A stretch of DNA of 57,815 nucleotides from an uncultured virus (IMG/VR IMGVR_UViG_3300015608_002806) (IMGVR_UViG_3300015608_002806); one strand, 5' to 3'. Counted from the first letter of the stretch, positions 1-10,616 are shown. The notes: generated by a model from the sequence alone, not told the origin. A program made the numbers and translations.

Positions 1-1385
1 TTTTTGTCAATATTTGAATTTTCACACAAAATATTATATGGTTGTCTAAGACAATCTTGCCAAATTTGTGAAAATTTATTTATATATTGTGTTTGTTCCA
101 AAAGATCAGCAACATATTTTAAAGCACAACCTCCACCGGGCAATATTCCTGATTTAACAGCAGAGGCACAGGCTGAAATTGCGTCTTCTGTTCTATGTTT
201 TCTTTCAATTCTATCCAATTCTGAGTTTCCACCAACATAAAAATAACAAGCCAGTGATGACAAATTTGTAATTCTTGAATTTAATTTTAACAATTCAGTT
301 TCATCTTCATTATTTTGCAGTTCTGATTTTAATTGTGAAATTCTTAAGTCTATAGAGCCTTCTTTTGATGCTCCATTAACCAATAAAGATTTTGTTCTTG
401 AACATTCAATTTTTTCACAAAATCCCAAATCATCAAAACTAAATGATGAAATCGGTAATGAATTTTCTTTTCCAAAAACAGTACCACCAACAAAAACACC
501 AAGATCATCAATTAGATTAATTCTATCTTTGCCAAAAATTGGAATTTGAATTGGAATAAATTTATTTATTGATTCTTTATCTGTTGATAATTTTATTATT
601 GTTGAAAGGATCTGATCATTAAAATCGTGACCAATTATAATAATCTTTTTAGGAATAGACATACATTGTTTTAATACATTTAACAAATCATTGGAATATT
701 TAATAGATTCATTTATTATTAAAATTGCACAATCTTCAATTTTTAAAATTGCTTCATTGATTGGAAGCAGTTTACTCGTTGCCAGCCCACCAGAAACCCT
801 AAATCCATCCGTTATTTCAATGTAGGATTTGTCATTGGTCGTCTCGCGTATCTGTACCATGCCATCGGCACCAATTGCCTCAATTGATTTGGAGACCAGA
901 TCTGCCAATTCTGAATCACCATTTGTAGAAATCATTGCAACATTTTTAAGATCATTAATTGTTTCAATTTCTTTTGAAGAATTAATTAAAAGATTTTTGA
1001 TAATTGGCAATGTTTCATCAAAGTTTTTTGCTATTTCAACAGGATGAATTCCTTGTTTTTTCAATTCAAATGCTGCTTTTAGTAGAAAATAAGACAAAAT
1101 TGATGTGCTGCTTGTACCATCGCCCGCAACCTTTGCGGTTTTTTCAGCAGCTTTTCTGATAAAATCAGCACCAATTGATTCAATTGGATCTTCCAGGTCA
1201 AAAAATTTAGCAACAGTGTATCCATCTTTTGTTACAATTGGTAATTTGTCTTTTTGTTTTAAAACAATTGTTCGACCATTTGGCCCAAATGTTTTAGATA
1301 CAACTTGAAATAATTTTTCAACACCTGAAATTATTTTTTTGTCAAAATCTTCATCTAAATTAATTTGCTTGATTGTATTTTGCAT
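1..1385 (-). CDS. groEL: Chaperonin GroEL (3' end runs off the window; missing from the ORF track)
   Basis: Hand translation from ATG at 1385: MQNTIKQINL...GVEKLFQVVSKTFGPNGRTIV...IVTKDGYTVAK...AEKTAKVAGDGTSS, carrying the GP.G, TKDG and AGDGT chaperonin motifs; AGGA RBS upstream. Confidence 0.93.
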   Translation of the reverse strand, partial: MQNTIKQINLDEDFDKKIISGVEKLFQVVSKTFGPNGRTIVLKQKDKLPIVTKDGYTVAKFFDLEDPIESIGADFIRKAAEKTAKVAGDGTSSTSILSYFLLKAAFELKKQGIHPVEIAKNFDETLPIIKNLLINSSKEIETINDLKNVAMISTNGDSELADLVSKSIEAIGADGMVQIRETTNDKSYIEITDGFRVSGGLATSKLLPINEAILKIEDCAILIINESIKYSNDLLNVLKQCMSIPKKIIIIGHDFNDQILSTIIKLSTDKESINKFIPIQIPIFGKDRINLIDDLGVFVGGTVFGKENSLPISSFSFDDLGFCEKIECSRTKSLLVNGASKEGSIDLRISQLKSELQNNEDETELLKLNSRITNLSSLACYFYVGGNSELDRIERKHRTEDAISACASAVKSGILPGGGCALKYVADLLEQTQYINKFSQIWQDCLRQPYNILCENSNIDK

Positions 1386-1407
1386 TATTTCCTTTTTTTT
1401 AAATGTT

Positions 1408-2176
1408 TTATTTATATGTTTTTATAATACATCTATAACTTGATTTATTGGTTAAAAACATATTTTTGATTTCAAAATCTTTTTCAATTTCTATATTTTC
1501 TTTATGGTCTCCAGTTTTGAATGAATTTAAATTATAAATATTGTTTATTTTATAAGATAAATCACAATAATTTTTTTCTAGAAAAATTTTAATCATTTAT
1601 ATTGCCTTACAAAACTACAGAAAAAATAATTTCTTTTTAAAATTTTTAATTCAAATTGTTGCCCGTTTGTTGTTTGATAAACATATAAACCTTTATAATA
1701 TAAAAATCCAATAAAATTCTTTTCTGCTCTAATAAGAATATTAGGTTGATTATTATTAATACTAATAAACATTAAAAATCCTTGTATATTTTTATTACAG
1801 TATTATATGAATTAATATCACGTAAATAACATCCAAAACTTGGCATTACAATAATTTCAAAACCTTGAGTAAAATAATGTATACAATATAATTTGTCGCA
1901 AAAAAATATTTCACAGAAATCTTTTGTTATTCGTATGTCTGTTCTGTTGATTTCTATAATTTTCATATTTTATACTTATTGTTCAGAATAATTTAAATTG
2001 ATATTATTTTTTGTATCATTATAAATACTTGGAAACCATTGGCGCACTGTTTCATCATAATATAGTATTGTTGAATGTAAATAGCTATGTTTTGATATAA
2101 TATAAATTTTATTTGCAATTGTCATTTCAACAAATTTTTTTGTTAAATTAATTCTAAAATAATTTGATTTATTCAT
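1408..2176 (-). CDS. Cluster of 4 mini-ORFs (1408-1596, 1593-1772, 1772-1966, 1976-2176)
   Basis: 59-66 aa, I/F/Y/K/N-rich with overlapping stop/start junctions. 1593-1772 (MFISINNNQPN...VRQYK) was hand-translated. Confidence 0.6.
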
Positions 2177-2190
2177 AATAATTTTATTAT

Positions 2191-2850
2191 TTAATCTTCA
2201 TTTGATAAATTAATATCAGGTTCAGGTGTATTGTTTTCTTTGGATTGATTTTTGTGTAGAATTTTTTTAACAGCCTTTTTAGCTGCTGTTTTTTGAAATT
2301 TATCTATTTCTCTTTTGACCAAAGAAAAATTAAACTTTAGAGCAGATTTATTAAATAATGCATCAAGATGTTTACATCCAATACCTTTAAGTTGTGGGTT
2401 TGTTATTGGTGATGGAATTTTTTGAAGGCTTACATCTGCTTGTTTTTGTGAGGCAGTATATGAATAATGATAATGAAATGATTTGCAGCTACAATAAACA
2501 CCCAAATCCCCAGAATACAATAAATCAGTTATTTCTTTTGAGTTTTTGCCTGAATTTACAAGATTTGGAACATTTTTCCATTCATAAAATTTTATGAATT
2601 GATCATATGTTTCATCTTGAGTTTCTTTCCACTCTTCTGAAGATTCATGCTGAAAATGCATTATTCCATTTTTAAATTCAATAAATGAAGGAAATTTATT
2701 TTTTTCCTTTTGCATGAAATCTAAATGATCTTGATGATGGTAAAAATTTGAGGATCTTTGATCTTTAAATTGTTTTGCAATATCATCAAACTTTAATTCA
2801 TTTAATGTATTTTTAATTTCTTTTCTTATTAATTTTTTTATTATGCTCAT
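2191..2850 (-). CDS. SWIM-like zinc-finger phage protein
   Basis: YCSCKSF...GCKHL (CxC...CxH) motif; N-terminal leader IKKLIRKEIKNTLNE. Confidence 0.6.
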   Translation of the reverse strand: MSIIKKLIRKEIKNTLNELKFDDIAKQFKDQRSSNFYHHQDHLDFMQKEKNKFPSFIEFKNGIMHFQHESSEEWKETQDETYDQFIKFYEWKNVPNLVNSGKNSKEITDLLYSGDLGVYCSCKSFHYHYSYTASQKQADVSLQKIPSPITNPQLKGIGCKHLDALFNKSALKFNFSLVKREIDKFQKTAAKKAVKKILHKNQSKENNTPEPDINLSNED

Positions 2851-3018
2851 ATTTTAATTATAAACCATATGTAAAATTTATATCATTTTTAGATATTAAT
2901 TTTACATATTTAAAATTTAATTCAAGACTAAAAATATTTGCACTTACACAAATACATTTATTAATTTTAGGCACAATATAACAAAACATTAAATCTTTTT
3001 GACGATGATAAATATTTG

Positions 3019-3675
3019 TCATAAATAAACCTTGATAATCTTGTTATTATGCCATATATGTTTTGAATATTTTATCCATTCATTTTTGGTTTCATTATTA
3101 TAATTTTTAATTTGGCACAAAAATTTATTATTTCCAAAAAAATTATAAACAATAAATGAATTAAGTTTTTTTGAAAAATATACAAATTGGATTGAGAATA
3201 ATTTACTTACTTGAATTGCAATCATTGTAATTTATATGTTTTTATATGGTGTAATTTGTTTAAAGAAAAAATTATATTATAATTTTTGTATAAAGAAATA
3301 TATCCAGCAGATTTATTTGTAATTGCTGTAATTCCAGGAAATTTTATTGTAATTTGTATATTTTTTATTTTAAATAAAAACAAAATATGTGAGTATTTAT
3401 AAATACTTATAGTCAAAGTATTTGTATACATTAATTACCTTATTTTTTGTATTTTCATTTTCTGAATGATTCGTCCAATCTAATATAGTACCATCATCTT
3501 GTTTTCTATAAGAAAGTATAGAAAACATTTTTTTTGGAAAAACAGATATAGTAATTTTATTTTTTACAAATATAACAAATTGAACAAAATTATAATTTTG
3601 GTGTTTGCCAATTTGAATAGCTAAAATATTATTTGTTGAAATTCCACTCACAAAACAATCCTTTTTGTTTGTCAA
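3019..3675 (-). CDS. Cluster of mini-ORFs (3019-3225, 3222-3431, 3397-3675)
   Basis: Overlapping junctions; 3019 and 3397 share AIQ...QFV.F.K. Confidence 0.55.
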
Positions 3676-5056
3676 TACAGTAAAAAGCTAATGCTTTATT
3701 GGAGGTTGTGTATCCATTTGTTTCATGCCATGAATCCGCTCCTGCTATTGATGGAACTTGAATTTGCATAACCCCTTGATTGTCTTTTATGTGTTTGTGA
3801 TGAAAATGACCTTGGAAGAAATAAACATATTTTGTTTGCGACCACAATTCTCTTGCCTCTTGTGCAATTATTAATGGCATATCATTTTTTCTTGCTCCGT
3901 GACCATGTGTAAAGCAAAGAAGCGTGTTTCCATATTTTTCATATGATCTTGTTGCAATTTTGATTGGTAGTTTTTCAAATTCTGAAATATTCTTTAAATC
4001 TCCAAAATATGTTTCAACGTTTGGATGATCTTTGTACCAAAAAGAAATCATTGTATATAGCGATATTGTTGAGTCACTATCGTGATTTCCTTTTGTTGGA
4101 ATTAGTTTAATCTTTTTTGACAAAAGGATTAATTTATCAATATAATTAACCATTTCAAATACACCAGAGACCAACATAAATGAAAACGTTGATTCTGAAT
4201 CTTGCTTTGTTCCTTTTGTTGTTTCATTTTTGGAAGAATCAACATGAAGGAAATCTCCACCAATTGTAAGATATGTTATTTCTGGTTTTCCGTTTTTTTC
4301 AATCTTGTCTTGTAAAAATATAATTGAATCACTTAATGATTTTTTAAGTATTGAAAAATTATGTTCATGTTCTGGTCCAACGTCAATTTTTTTTGAAAGT
4401 TTGCCCCAATGAAAATCTTGTAATGGAATTACCAATGCATATTCATCATTTTGAGAACTTTTTGGTGATTCTTCATTTTTTTCTTCATGTTGCTTATTAT
4501 AATTTTGTACTTTTTTTTCAAAAATTGGCAAAATTGAATTTAATATGGAGTTTTTAAATTTTCTCCATTTTTGAGCATCCTCTTTTAAAGATGCTTTTTC
4601 TTTATATTCTAAATTGTTAGATAAATTAAGATCTCTTAGTTCATCAACAATAGAAAATAGTTTTTCTGGTGTTAAATTCTGTTTTTGTTTAATGGTTACA
4701 GGTAAACCATCATGAGTTAAGTCATTTTCTTTAATAAAATTTCTAATTATTTCTTTTGGAAGATTTAGTTTTTTAGAAATATCAGAAATTGGTTTTGGCT
4801 TGCCTGCATAATCACTATACAGTGCAATAATTAATTTTTTCTGTTCATCAGTAAGAGATTCTTCAAGAAGTTTTGTATTTAAATAATGAGCTGGCGATTG
4901 TAGTGATGCTTTCTTAAATGTTCTTCTTAATGATCTTTCTGATATTGCCAATTTAGAACAAGCTTCTTTGACTGTTGCTGAATCTTTAAGTGTTAAAAGT
5001 GATTTTTCAATAAGATTATTAAATTTCTTTTTAATTGGTTGTTGTTTGCTATTCAT
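3629..5056 (-). CDS. HTH-containing calcineurin-like metallophosphoesterase (putative nuclease)
   Basis: DFHWG, GGDFLH, GNHD, HGH and GHFHH metal motifs; N-terminal HTH-like VKEACSKLAISERSLRR. Confidence 0.8.
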   Translation of the reverse strand: MNSKQQPIKKKFNNLIEKSLLTLKDSATVKEACSKLAISERSLRRTFKKASLQSPAHYLNTKLLEESLTDEQKKLIIALYSDYAGKPKPISDISKKLNLPKEIIRNFIKENDLTHDGLPVTIKQKQNLTPEKLFSIVDELRDLNLSNNLEYKEKASLKEDAQKWRKFKNSILNSILPIFEKKVQNYNKQHEEKNEESPKSSQNDEYALVIPLQDFHWGKLSKKIDVGPEHEHNFSILKKSLSDSIIFLQDKIEKNGKPEITYLTIGGDFLHVDSSKNETTKGTKQDSESTFSFMLVSGVFEMVNYIDKLILLSKKIKLIPTKGNHDSDSTISLYTMISFWYKDHPNVETYFGDLKNISEFEKLPIKIATRSYEKYGNTLLCFTHGHGARKNDMPLIIAQEARELWSQTKYVYFFQGHFHHKHIKDNQGVMQIQVPSIAGADSWHETNGYTTSNKALAFYCIDKQKGLFCEWNFNK

Positions 5057-5831
5057 TAGTCTCCTTTGCTGTTTTGATTAGATTAACCAAATCCAATCCA
5101 GCACAATCTATTCTATTTGGCATTAGATGATAATGACACATGATGCCTCTAAAAGAGCCATTGGCGCATTCTTTAATAAATTTTGTTTTATTTGGATGCT
5201 CTAAAGGAATGTCAAAAACATCAGTTAAAATTTTAATCAAAAAAGCCAAGGAATTTATTTGTTGTTCAAAAAATCCTAAATGATGCAAATTTATATTTTG
5301 ACATTTAGAATTCACTATTGGTCTGTTTTGTATTTTTTTGTATGCAATACTAAATGGATTTACAATATTTATTCCTATTGTTCCAACATCCCATGAAAAA
5401 CTTTTTGGAATATTAATTTGATTTTTAGTTAAAATTTTTCTATCTTCTTTTGAAGGACCAGAATGGAAAGCGATATATTGACAATCAACAAATTGATATA
5501 TTGTTCCATCTGAATCAATAGAAAAGTGCGTTGATGTTCTTTCCTCTGAAAGAATATTGTATGACGATATTGAGGATAAACAATTATCAGAATGAATTAT
5601 TATTGATGTTGGATGTCTTAAATATTTAGTTTTTAATTTTTGGAAACAATTATCAGGAAGAGGTGACCATATAATTTTTCTATTGATATAAATTTTTTCT
5701 TTGTTTGCTAATATAAAATACTCATTTTGATTTTTTTGTGTTCGTTTATTCGTTTCAGATGATGCAAAATTATGATTTTGAGATTTGTTAATTGGTTTAT
5801 TTAAAAATTTTTTTAACAAATTTACAATCAT
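5049..5831 (-). CDS. N-acetylmuramoyl-L-alanine amidase (Amidase_2-like)
   Basis: IIIH, STHFSIDSDGTIYQFVD, AFH, CHYH, DC. The usual SIGIE Glu reads TIGIN. Confidence 0.8.
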   Translation of the reverse strand: MIVNLLKKFLNKPINKSQNHNFASSETNKRTQKNQNEYFILANKEKIYINRKIIWSPLPDNCFQKLKTKYLRHPTSIIIHSDNCLSSISSYNILSEERTSTHFSIDSDGTIYQFVDCQYIAFHSGPSKEDRKILTKNQINIPKSFSWDVGTIGINIVNPFSIAYKKIQNRPIVNSKCQNINLHHLGFFEQQINSLAFLIKILTDVFDIPLEHPNKTKFIKECANGSFRGIMCHYHLMPNRIDCAGLDLVNLIKTAKETNE

Positions 5832-5848
5832 AAAATGATCCTTGTATT

Positions 5849-6272
5849 TTAATATTTTTTCACAAAACGATTATATTTTTTTGATGATTTTGTTTTTTGA
5901 ATAATTTGCATATCTTCTTGACAACACGGCCTATAAAAAGCATAAAGATTCTTGTTTAGAGTGACCACTGAAAAAATTGATAAATTTTGAAAATACACAA
6001 ATTGAAAATATTTTTTTTGAATCATTACAAAAATTTCTAATTTATTCTTCATATCCTTTTATTAATTGAGTATTTTTTGAGGCAATGTATCTTGTGCAAC
6101 AATCTTTTTCGTTAAAATATTTTGATTCATTAAAAAAATAATAAAAACCCCAACTACTTGGCCTTAACGAAATTAATCCATTGAAAGTAATGATAGTTTT
6201 ATTTTTAAAATAATAATAAAATGAAATTTCATTATATGAAATTTGAATAAATTTATTGTATGATTTCATCAA
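5849..6272 (-). CDS. Two mini-ORFs (5849-6052, 6042-6272)
   Basis: Family pattern IxIx...FYYYFKNK; overlapping junctions. Confidence 0.55.
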
Positions 6273-6873
6273 TTATTCCATGTTTTTTTGCTTGTTCTGC
6301 ATCAAAATAATAATGATGACCACCTTTTATTAATTTTTGAATCTTTGATTTTGTTAATTTTGTCAACGAGCAAATTGAATTTATATATTTTTCTTGTAAA
6401 AATAAATTTTCTGTATATTCAATTGAATTATGTGTTGCTGAACCACCTAAATCAAAAATTATTTCATGTATCATAAATCTTGTATTTGGCATTGAATATC
6501 TTTTGCCATTTGTCGCTGTTGACGCAATCAAAACGCCAGCACTCATAACTTTACCAAGACAAAAAACAGAAACATCCCGTGTTTTTTTTACAAAATTTAT
6601 TGCATCAACAATTGAAAACATTTCATGTACATCGCCGCCAACAGTTGACAGATAAATTTCTATGTCTTCCCCTGGTTCCAATTCTGAATTTGTAAGAATT
6701 AAACTTGATACAATGGACATTGATAATTTTTCATCAATTGCCCCAAAAATACCAATTTTATTGGAAATTTTTTCTTTATCAATTTTTAAAAAAACATTTC
6801 CTGTTAAATTTGAATTTTCTTCATCATTTTCTGATTCAAGTTCTTTTTTTTGTTTTTCGAGATTATGCACCAT
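6253..6873 (-). CDS. clpP: ClpP-family protease subunit
   Basis: YLSTVGGDV, VMSAG (Ser), RFMIHE (His), AEQAKKHGIIDEI; the triad Asp position reads His. Confidence 0.85.
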   Translation of the reverse strand: MVHNLEKQKKELESENDEENSNLTGNVFLKIDKEKISNKIGIFGAIDEKLSMSIVSSLILTNSELEPGEDIEIYLSTVGGDVHEMFSIVDAINFVKKTRDVSVFCLGKVMSAGVLIASTATNGKRYSMPNTRFMIHEIIFDLGGSATHNSIEYTENLFLQEKYINSICSLTKLTKSKIQKLIKGGHHYYFDAEQAKKHGIIDEIIQ

Positions 6874-6925
6874 GCCACCCCCAACCGTAATTACAGCATA
6901 TTTGCAAACAAGGCTGCTAATTCAT

Positions 6926-7219
6926 TCAAATTCCAACCTTTGAAGCTAGAGCAATCAATTTTGATTTACATTTGTTTAATTCACCTAATGATTTACAATC
7001 CATTATATCTTTTCTTAACATTGCTGTATCGAGCGATAAATCAATCTTTTTTTCATTTGCTTTTGTTTCAACAGCTTGAACAGCATCAAGAAAGCCTAAT
7101 TTTGTAGCTTCATCAGCTCTTTTCCCTATTTTAATAAAATTATTTGTGGAATCTTTGATTATTTTATCAATTATTGATTCATTTAAAAAAAATGGGGTGG
7201 AAACATGATTTGCAACCAC
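6926..7219 (-). CDS. Hypothetical protein (start uncertain)
   Basis: 97-aa helical ORF whose 5' end lies inside a hairpin and T8 run. Confidence 0.5.
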   Translation of the reverse strand: MVANHVSTPFFLNESIIDKIIKDSTNNFIKIGKRADEATKLGFLDAVQAVETKANEKKIDLSLDTAMLRKDIMDCKSLGELNKCKSKLIALASKVGI

Positions 7220-7227
7220 CCCATTTT
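7185..7227 (-). terminator. 12-bp hairpin followed by T8 (terminator or translational operator)
   Basis: AAAATGGGGTGG (7189-7200) / CCACCCCATTTT (7216-7227) perfect inverted repeat. Confidence 0.6.
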
Positions 7228-7248
7228 CATCTATATTATAATTTTTTG

Positions 7249-7731
7249 TTATTGTTTTTTTTTAGAGTTTACTTTTGAAATAAAGCCCTTGTTCTTAAGG
7301 GATTCAAATACAGATTCGACAATTTTTTGCGAGACTTCTTTTGACTCCATCATTGGAGGCTCATCGTTATCTAAACCGCCATCATCAAAATCATTTGGCT
7401 CATCCATTGAAGAATCAACTGTATGAACAGCATCTTGTCCAAATACTTGTGCAAAAGCAGCAGAAACAGCAGCTTGTATTTCTGATTCTAGCTGATCAAC
7501 ATCTACATCCATTGAATCTTCATTGGTTTCTTCTTCTGTGTCAAGAAGAGTAGAATCATCAACCAATAAATCACTTGATTCTGGTGGTGTATTTGCACTT
7601 GGCGCATCCAAATCGTCAAATGATTCTTTGAGAGGTTTTTTATTTTTTGACATAAAATGATCTTTATAAGAATCATTTCCTGCTAATTCCATGAATCTTT
7701 CAATTAAACTGTTTTGATTTTTATTTTTCAT
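7249..7731 (-). CDS. Acidic putative prohead core/internal virion protein
   Basis: ERFMELAG motif, LKES/MMES/IVES sites, very acidic; paralog of the next ORF. Confidence 0.55.
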   Translation of the reverse strand: MKNKNQNSLIERFMELAGNDSYKDHFMSKNKKPLKESFDDLDAPSANTPPESSDLLVDDSTLLDTEEETNEDSMDVDVDQLESEIQAAVSAAFAQVFGQDAVHTVDSSMDEPNDFDDGGLDNDEPPMMESKEVSQKIVESVFESLKNKGFISKVNSKKKQ

Positions 7732-8161
7732 TTCTTTTTCCTGATTTTGAAAGCGAAAGTTTGTTTCTTTTCATTTGCTCGACAATTTTTTTAGTAAATT
7801 TTTTGGCAAGCTTTGATTCAAGTGTTGGTTCGGTATTACTGTCTTCAACATCTGCATCAACAGTACCAGAACCAAATTTATTGTTAAAAACATTGGCAAC
7901 TTCATCAGTAATTGCTTTAATTAAAGCACCAACGTCAACTTCTGATTTTGGAAGAACTTTTGATTCGTGTTCAAGCTCTTCTTGTTCTGGAGTTTCTTCC
8001 ATTTCGTGAGAAACAGGTTCATCTAATTCACTTTCTGAATCGTGTAGAACTTCACGGTCTTCTTGTTCAAAATTTTCTTTTAAAACTTTCTTTTTAAATT
8101 TATCAAGACCAGCAAGTTCCATTAGTCTTGAAATATGATTTGTTTTATTAGGTTTTGCCAT
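7721..8161 (-). CDS. Acidic putative prohead core/internal virion protein
   Basis: SRLMELAGL motif, LKEN/LES/IVE sites. Confidence 0.55.
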   Translation of the reverse strand: MAKPNKTNHISRLMELAGLDKFKKKVLKENFEQEDREVLHDSESELDEPVSHEMEETPEQEELEHESKVLPKSEVDVGALIKAITDEVANVFNNKFGSGTVDADVEDSNTEPTLESKLAKKFTKKIVEQMKRNKLSLSKSGKRNEK

Positions 8162-8225
8162 TATTTAAGATTTCCCCTTGGAATCAATATAATTATCAAA
8201 AAGAAATAAAAATTAAATTTTTTTA

Positions 8226-8537
8226 TTAATTATTTGAATTTTCTTTTATAGATTCATCTGATAAATCAGCAGAATTTTCAATAATATCATTGTTTAATAT
8301 AGTTTTTGTTTCTCTTATTTGATTAAATCTCATTTGCATTTTTTCTGTGTATTTCCTATTTTGTAATGAATTTATGTATATTTTAACAAATTCTTCAGAA
8401 ATTTCTGAATTTTCAATAAATTGTTTCATAAAATATTCCAAAAATGAAGTTGGTGTAATTCTATATGAATTACATTCTAGCCAAAATTCTCTAAAAAGAT
8501 TTTTATCTACAACAAGATTTGTTTTATTGTTTTTCAT
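8226..8537 (-). CDS. Hypothetical protein (possible ribbon-helix-helix)
   Basis: Strand-helix-helix pattern TNLVVDKNLFREF...TPTSFLEYFM. Confidence 0.5.
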   Translation of the reverse strand: MKNNKTNLVVDKNLFREFWLECNSYRITPTSFLEYFMKQFIENSEISEEFVKIYINSLQNRKYTEKMQMRFNQIRETKTILNNDIIENSADLSDESIKENSNN

Positions 8538-8543
8538 AATATT

Positions 8544-9620
8544 TTACTTTCTTAAGTAAATATGAGGAGTTCCTTCAATGTGTCCACTGTTGGAAACAAT
8601 ACAAAATTCACAATTTTCTTGAAAATCTAATAAATTCAAGCATCCTGAGTATGAAAAGCCTGATTGTATGCCTTTATGAAGTGAACTTAACACTTTTTCA
8701 AGTTTTCCAGTGTATTTTACTTGTGCAGAAACACCCTCTGCTCGAATTTCTTTTTTACCTGCTGCAATTTGAGCAGCTTCGGATGCTGCTCCTCTATATG
8801 CCTTAAACCATCGTCCTGAGTCATCTTGAATGATGCTGCCTGGAGAGGCTTTTGTTCCTGCCAATAGCGAACCCAACATGACAAAATTGGCACCAAAACC
8901 TAAAGATTTGCAAATATCCCCCGAGTTTTTAATACCACCGTCAGCAATTATTGATTTTTGTGGATTTTTATCAATCCAATTTTCAGATATTTCAATCAAA
9001 GATGACGCTAATGGCATACCATGACCTGTTTGTATCTGTGTTGAACAACTTGCTCCAGAACCAATTCCAACTCTAATTGAATCTGCTCCATTATCAATTA
9101 AAAATCTAAATCCGTCATATGTAGCAACATTTCCGGCCATTATATGATGGTGTGGTTTTAGTATTTTTTTTAATTCAAGAATTGCATTTTTTGCATTTGA
9201 ATGATGGCCGTGCGCAATATCAACACAAATAATTTTAACATTTTTGTTTTTAATTGCTTCTTGTGTTCTTTCTAGAAAATCACCAGATACACCAACCGCA
9301 ACTCCAAAAATTGATTCATTTGTTGATTCTTTTTCTACTATTTCTTGAGCTAATTTTAATTCACTACACATCCAATCAATAGATTTAAATCTATGAAGAA
9401 TACCAAGCCCCCCATTTATACACATCCTGCCAAGCATTTGGTGCTCTGTAACTGTATCCATACAAGAACTAATAATTGGTATTTTAAATTTATATTGTGT
9501 ACCGTTTTCTGAATAAAGACAGGATGATGTATCAACTTGTGATCTTGAAGGGATTTCAGAATATTTTGGAATGATTCTAAAATCATCAAATGATTTAAAT
9601 TCATGTTTATTGATTTTCAT
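8544..9620 (-). CDS. IMP dehydrogenase/GMP reductase family enzyme, no CBS domain
   Basis: SFDD, MDTVTE, VDIAHGH, AGNVAT, RVGIGSGASCST (catalytic Cys), IIADGGI, VMLGSLLAG, EGV; no Arg-Tyr flap dyad. Confidence 0.92.
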   Translation of the reverse strand: MKINKHEFKSFDDFRIIPKYSEIPSRSQVDTSSCLYSENGTQYKFKIPIISSCMDTVTEHQMLGRMCINGGLGILHRFKSIDWMCSELKLAQEIVEKESTNESIFGVAVGVSGDFLERTQEAIKNKNVKIICVDIAHGHHSNAKNAILELKKILKPHHHIMAGNVATYDGFRFLIDNGADSIRVGIGSGASCSTQIQTGHGMPLASSLIEISENWIDKNPQKSIIADGGIKNSGDICKSLGFGANFVMLGSLLAGTKASPGSIIQDDSGRWFKAYRGAASEAAQIAAGKKEIRAEGVSAQVKYTGKLEKVLSSLHKGIQSGFSYSGCLNLLDFQENCEFCIVSNSGHIEGTPHIYLRK

Positions 9621-9637
9621 TTATTCTCCATGTTTAT

Positions 9638-10384
9638 TTATTTAATCTTTTTTCCATTTTTCCAATATTCTTGTTTTATTATATTTCCATTTTGATCATA
9701 TTCAATATAAGCAGGACCATTATCGTTATGACGGTCCCCATTTATAAACCATAATTTATATGAAACATTTCCATTTTCATAATATCGAATATAAGCAGGA
9801 CCATTATCGTTATGACGTTCACCATTTATCCACCATGCTTTATATAAAACATTTCCATTTTGATCATATTTAATATAAGCAGGACCGTTTTCATTATGAT
9901 ATTTGTCGTCTATATACCATTCTTGGTATTTAATATTTCTATTTTCATAATATTCAATATAAGCAGGACCATTTTCATTATGACGTTTACCATTTATCCA
10001 CCATGATTTATATGCAACATTTCCATTTTGATCATATTTAATATAAGCAGGACCGTTTTCATTATGATATTTGTCATCTATATACCATTCTTGGTATTTA
10101 ATATTTCTATTTTCATAATATTGAATATAAGCAGGACCATTCTCGTTATGGAATTTACCATTTATACACCATTCTTTATATTCAACATTTCCATTTGGAT
10201 GATATCCAATTTGTGTTGGCTTATTTTCTTCTTCATCCTTCAATGAATCAATTAATTCATTTTCTGGTTTGTTTTCACTCAAAAGATTTAATGTTGTTTT
10301 AATAATTGAAATTTGTTTATCTGATGATAAATTGTTTTCTGTTTCGTTTAAAAAATATTGAATCCATTTATTTAAATTGTTCAT
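9638..10384 (-). CDS. MORN-variant-like repeat protein, six 28-aa HN(E/D)NGPA units
   Basis: Start placed at 10384 (MNNLNKWIQYFLNE; RBS AAGGAAACAAAATG) by homology with its two paralogs. Confidence 0.85.
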   Translation of the reverse strand: MNNLNKWIQYFLNETENNLSSDKQISIIKTTLNLLSENKPENELIDSLKDEEENKPTQIGYHPNGNVEYKEWCINGKFHNENGPAYIQYYENRNIKYQEWYIDDKYHNENGPAYIKYDQNGNVAYKSWWINGKRHNENGPAYIEYYENRNIKYQEWYIDDKYHNENGPAYIKYDQNGNVLYKAWWINGERHNDNGPAYIRYYENGNVSYKLWFINGDRHNDNGPAYIEYDQNGNIIKQEYWKNGKKIK

Positions 10385-10394
10385 TTTGTTTCCT

Positions 10395-10616
10395 TTATTT
10401 AATCCTATATGTTTTTTTAAATTCTTTTTTAGTTGAATAATCATTTATAACATTTAAATAATCAAAAATATGATCTCTATCATATGTAATACAATCTCTT
10501 AAATTAGAATCACTCCATGTTCTAAATAAAATATTAAATTTCGTGTTTGTAAAAATAATTGCAGCAAAAATATATTCTTTACTTCTTATATCAATTATCA
10601 TTTTTATTTGATTCAT
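10395..10616 (-). CDS. Mini-ORF family member
   Basis: 73 aa with alternating hydrophobic strands; overlaps the upstream gene. Confidence 0.5.
   Translation of the reverse strand: MNQIKMIIDIRSKEYIFAAIIFTNTKFNILFRTWSDSNLRDCITYDRDHIFDYLNVINDYSTKKEFKKTYRIK

Noticed and set aside
4..1308. + strand ORFs 4-240, 829-1047, 1105-1308 and most other + ORFs in the track
   Set aside because: Antisense shadows of recognisable - strand genes (here groEL), with no motifs of their own.
10385..10444. N-terminal extension of the 268-aa repeat ORF
   Set aside because: The paralogs and RBS place the start at 10384; the extension overlaps a mini-ORF.
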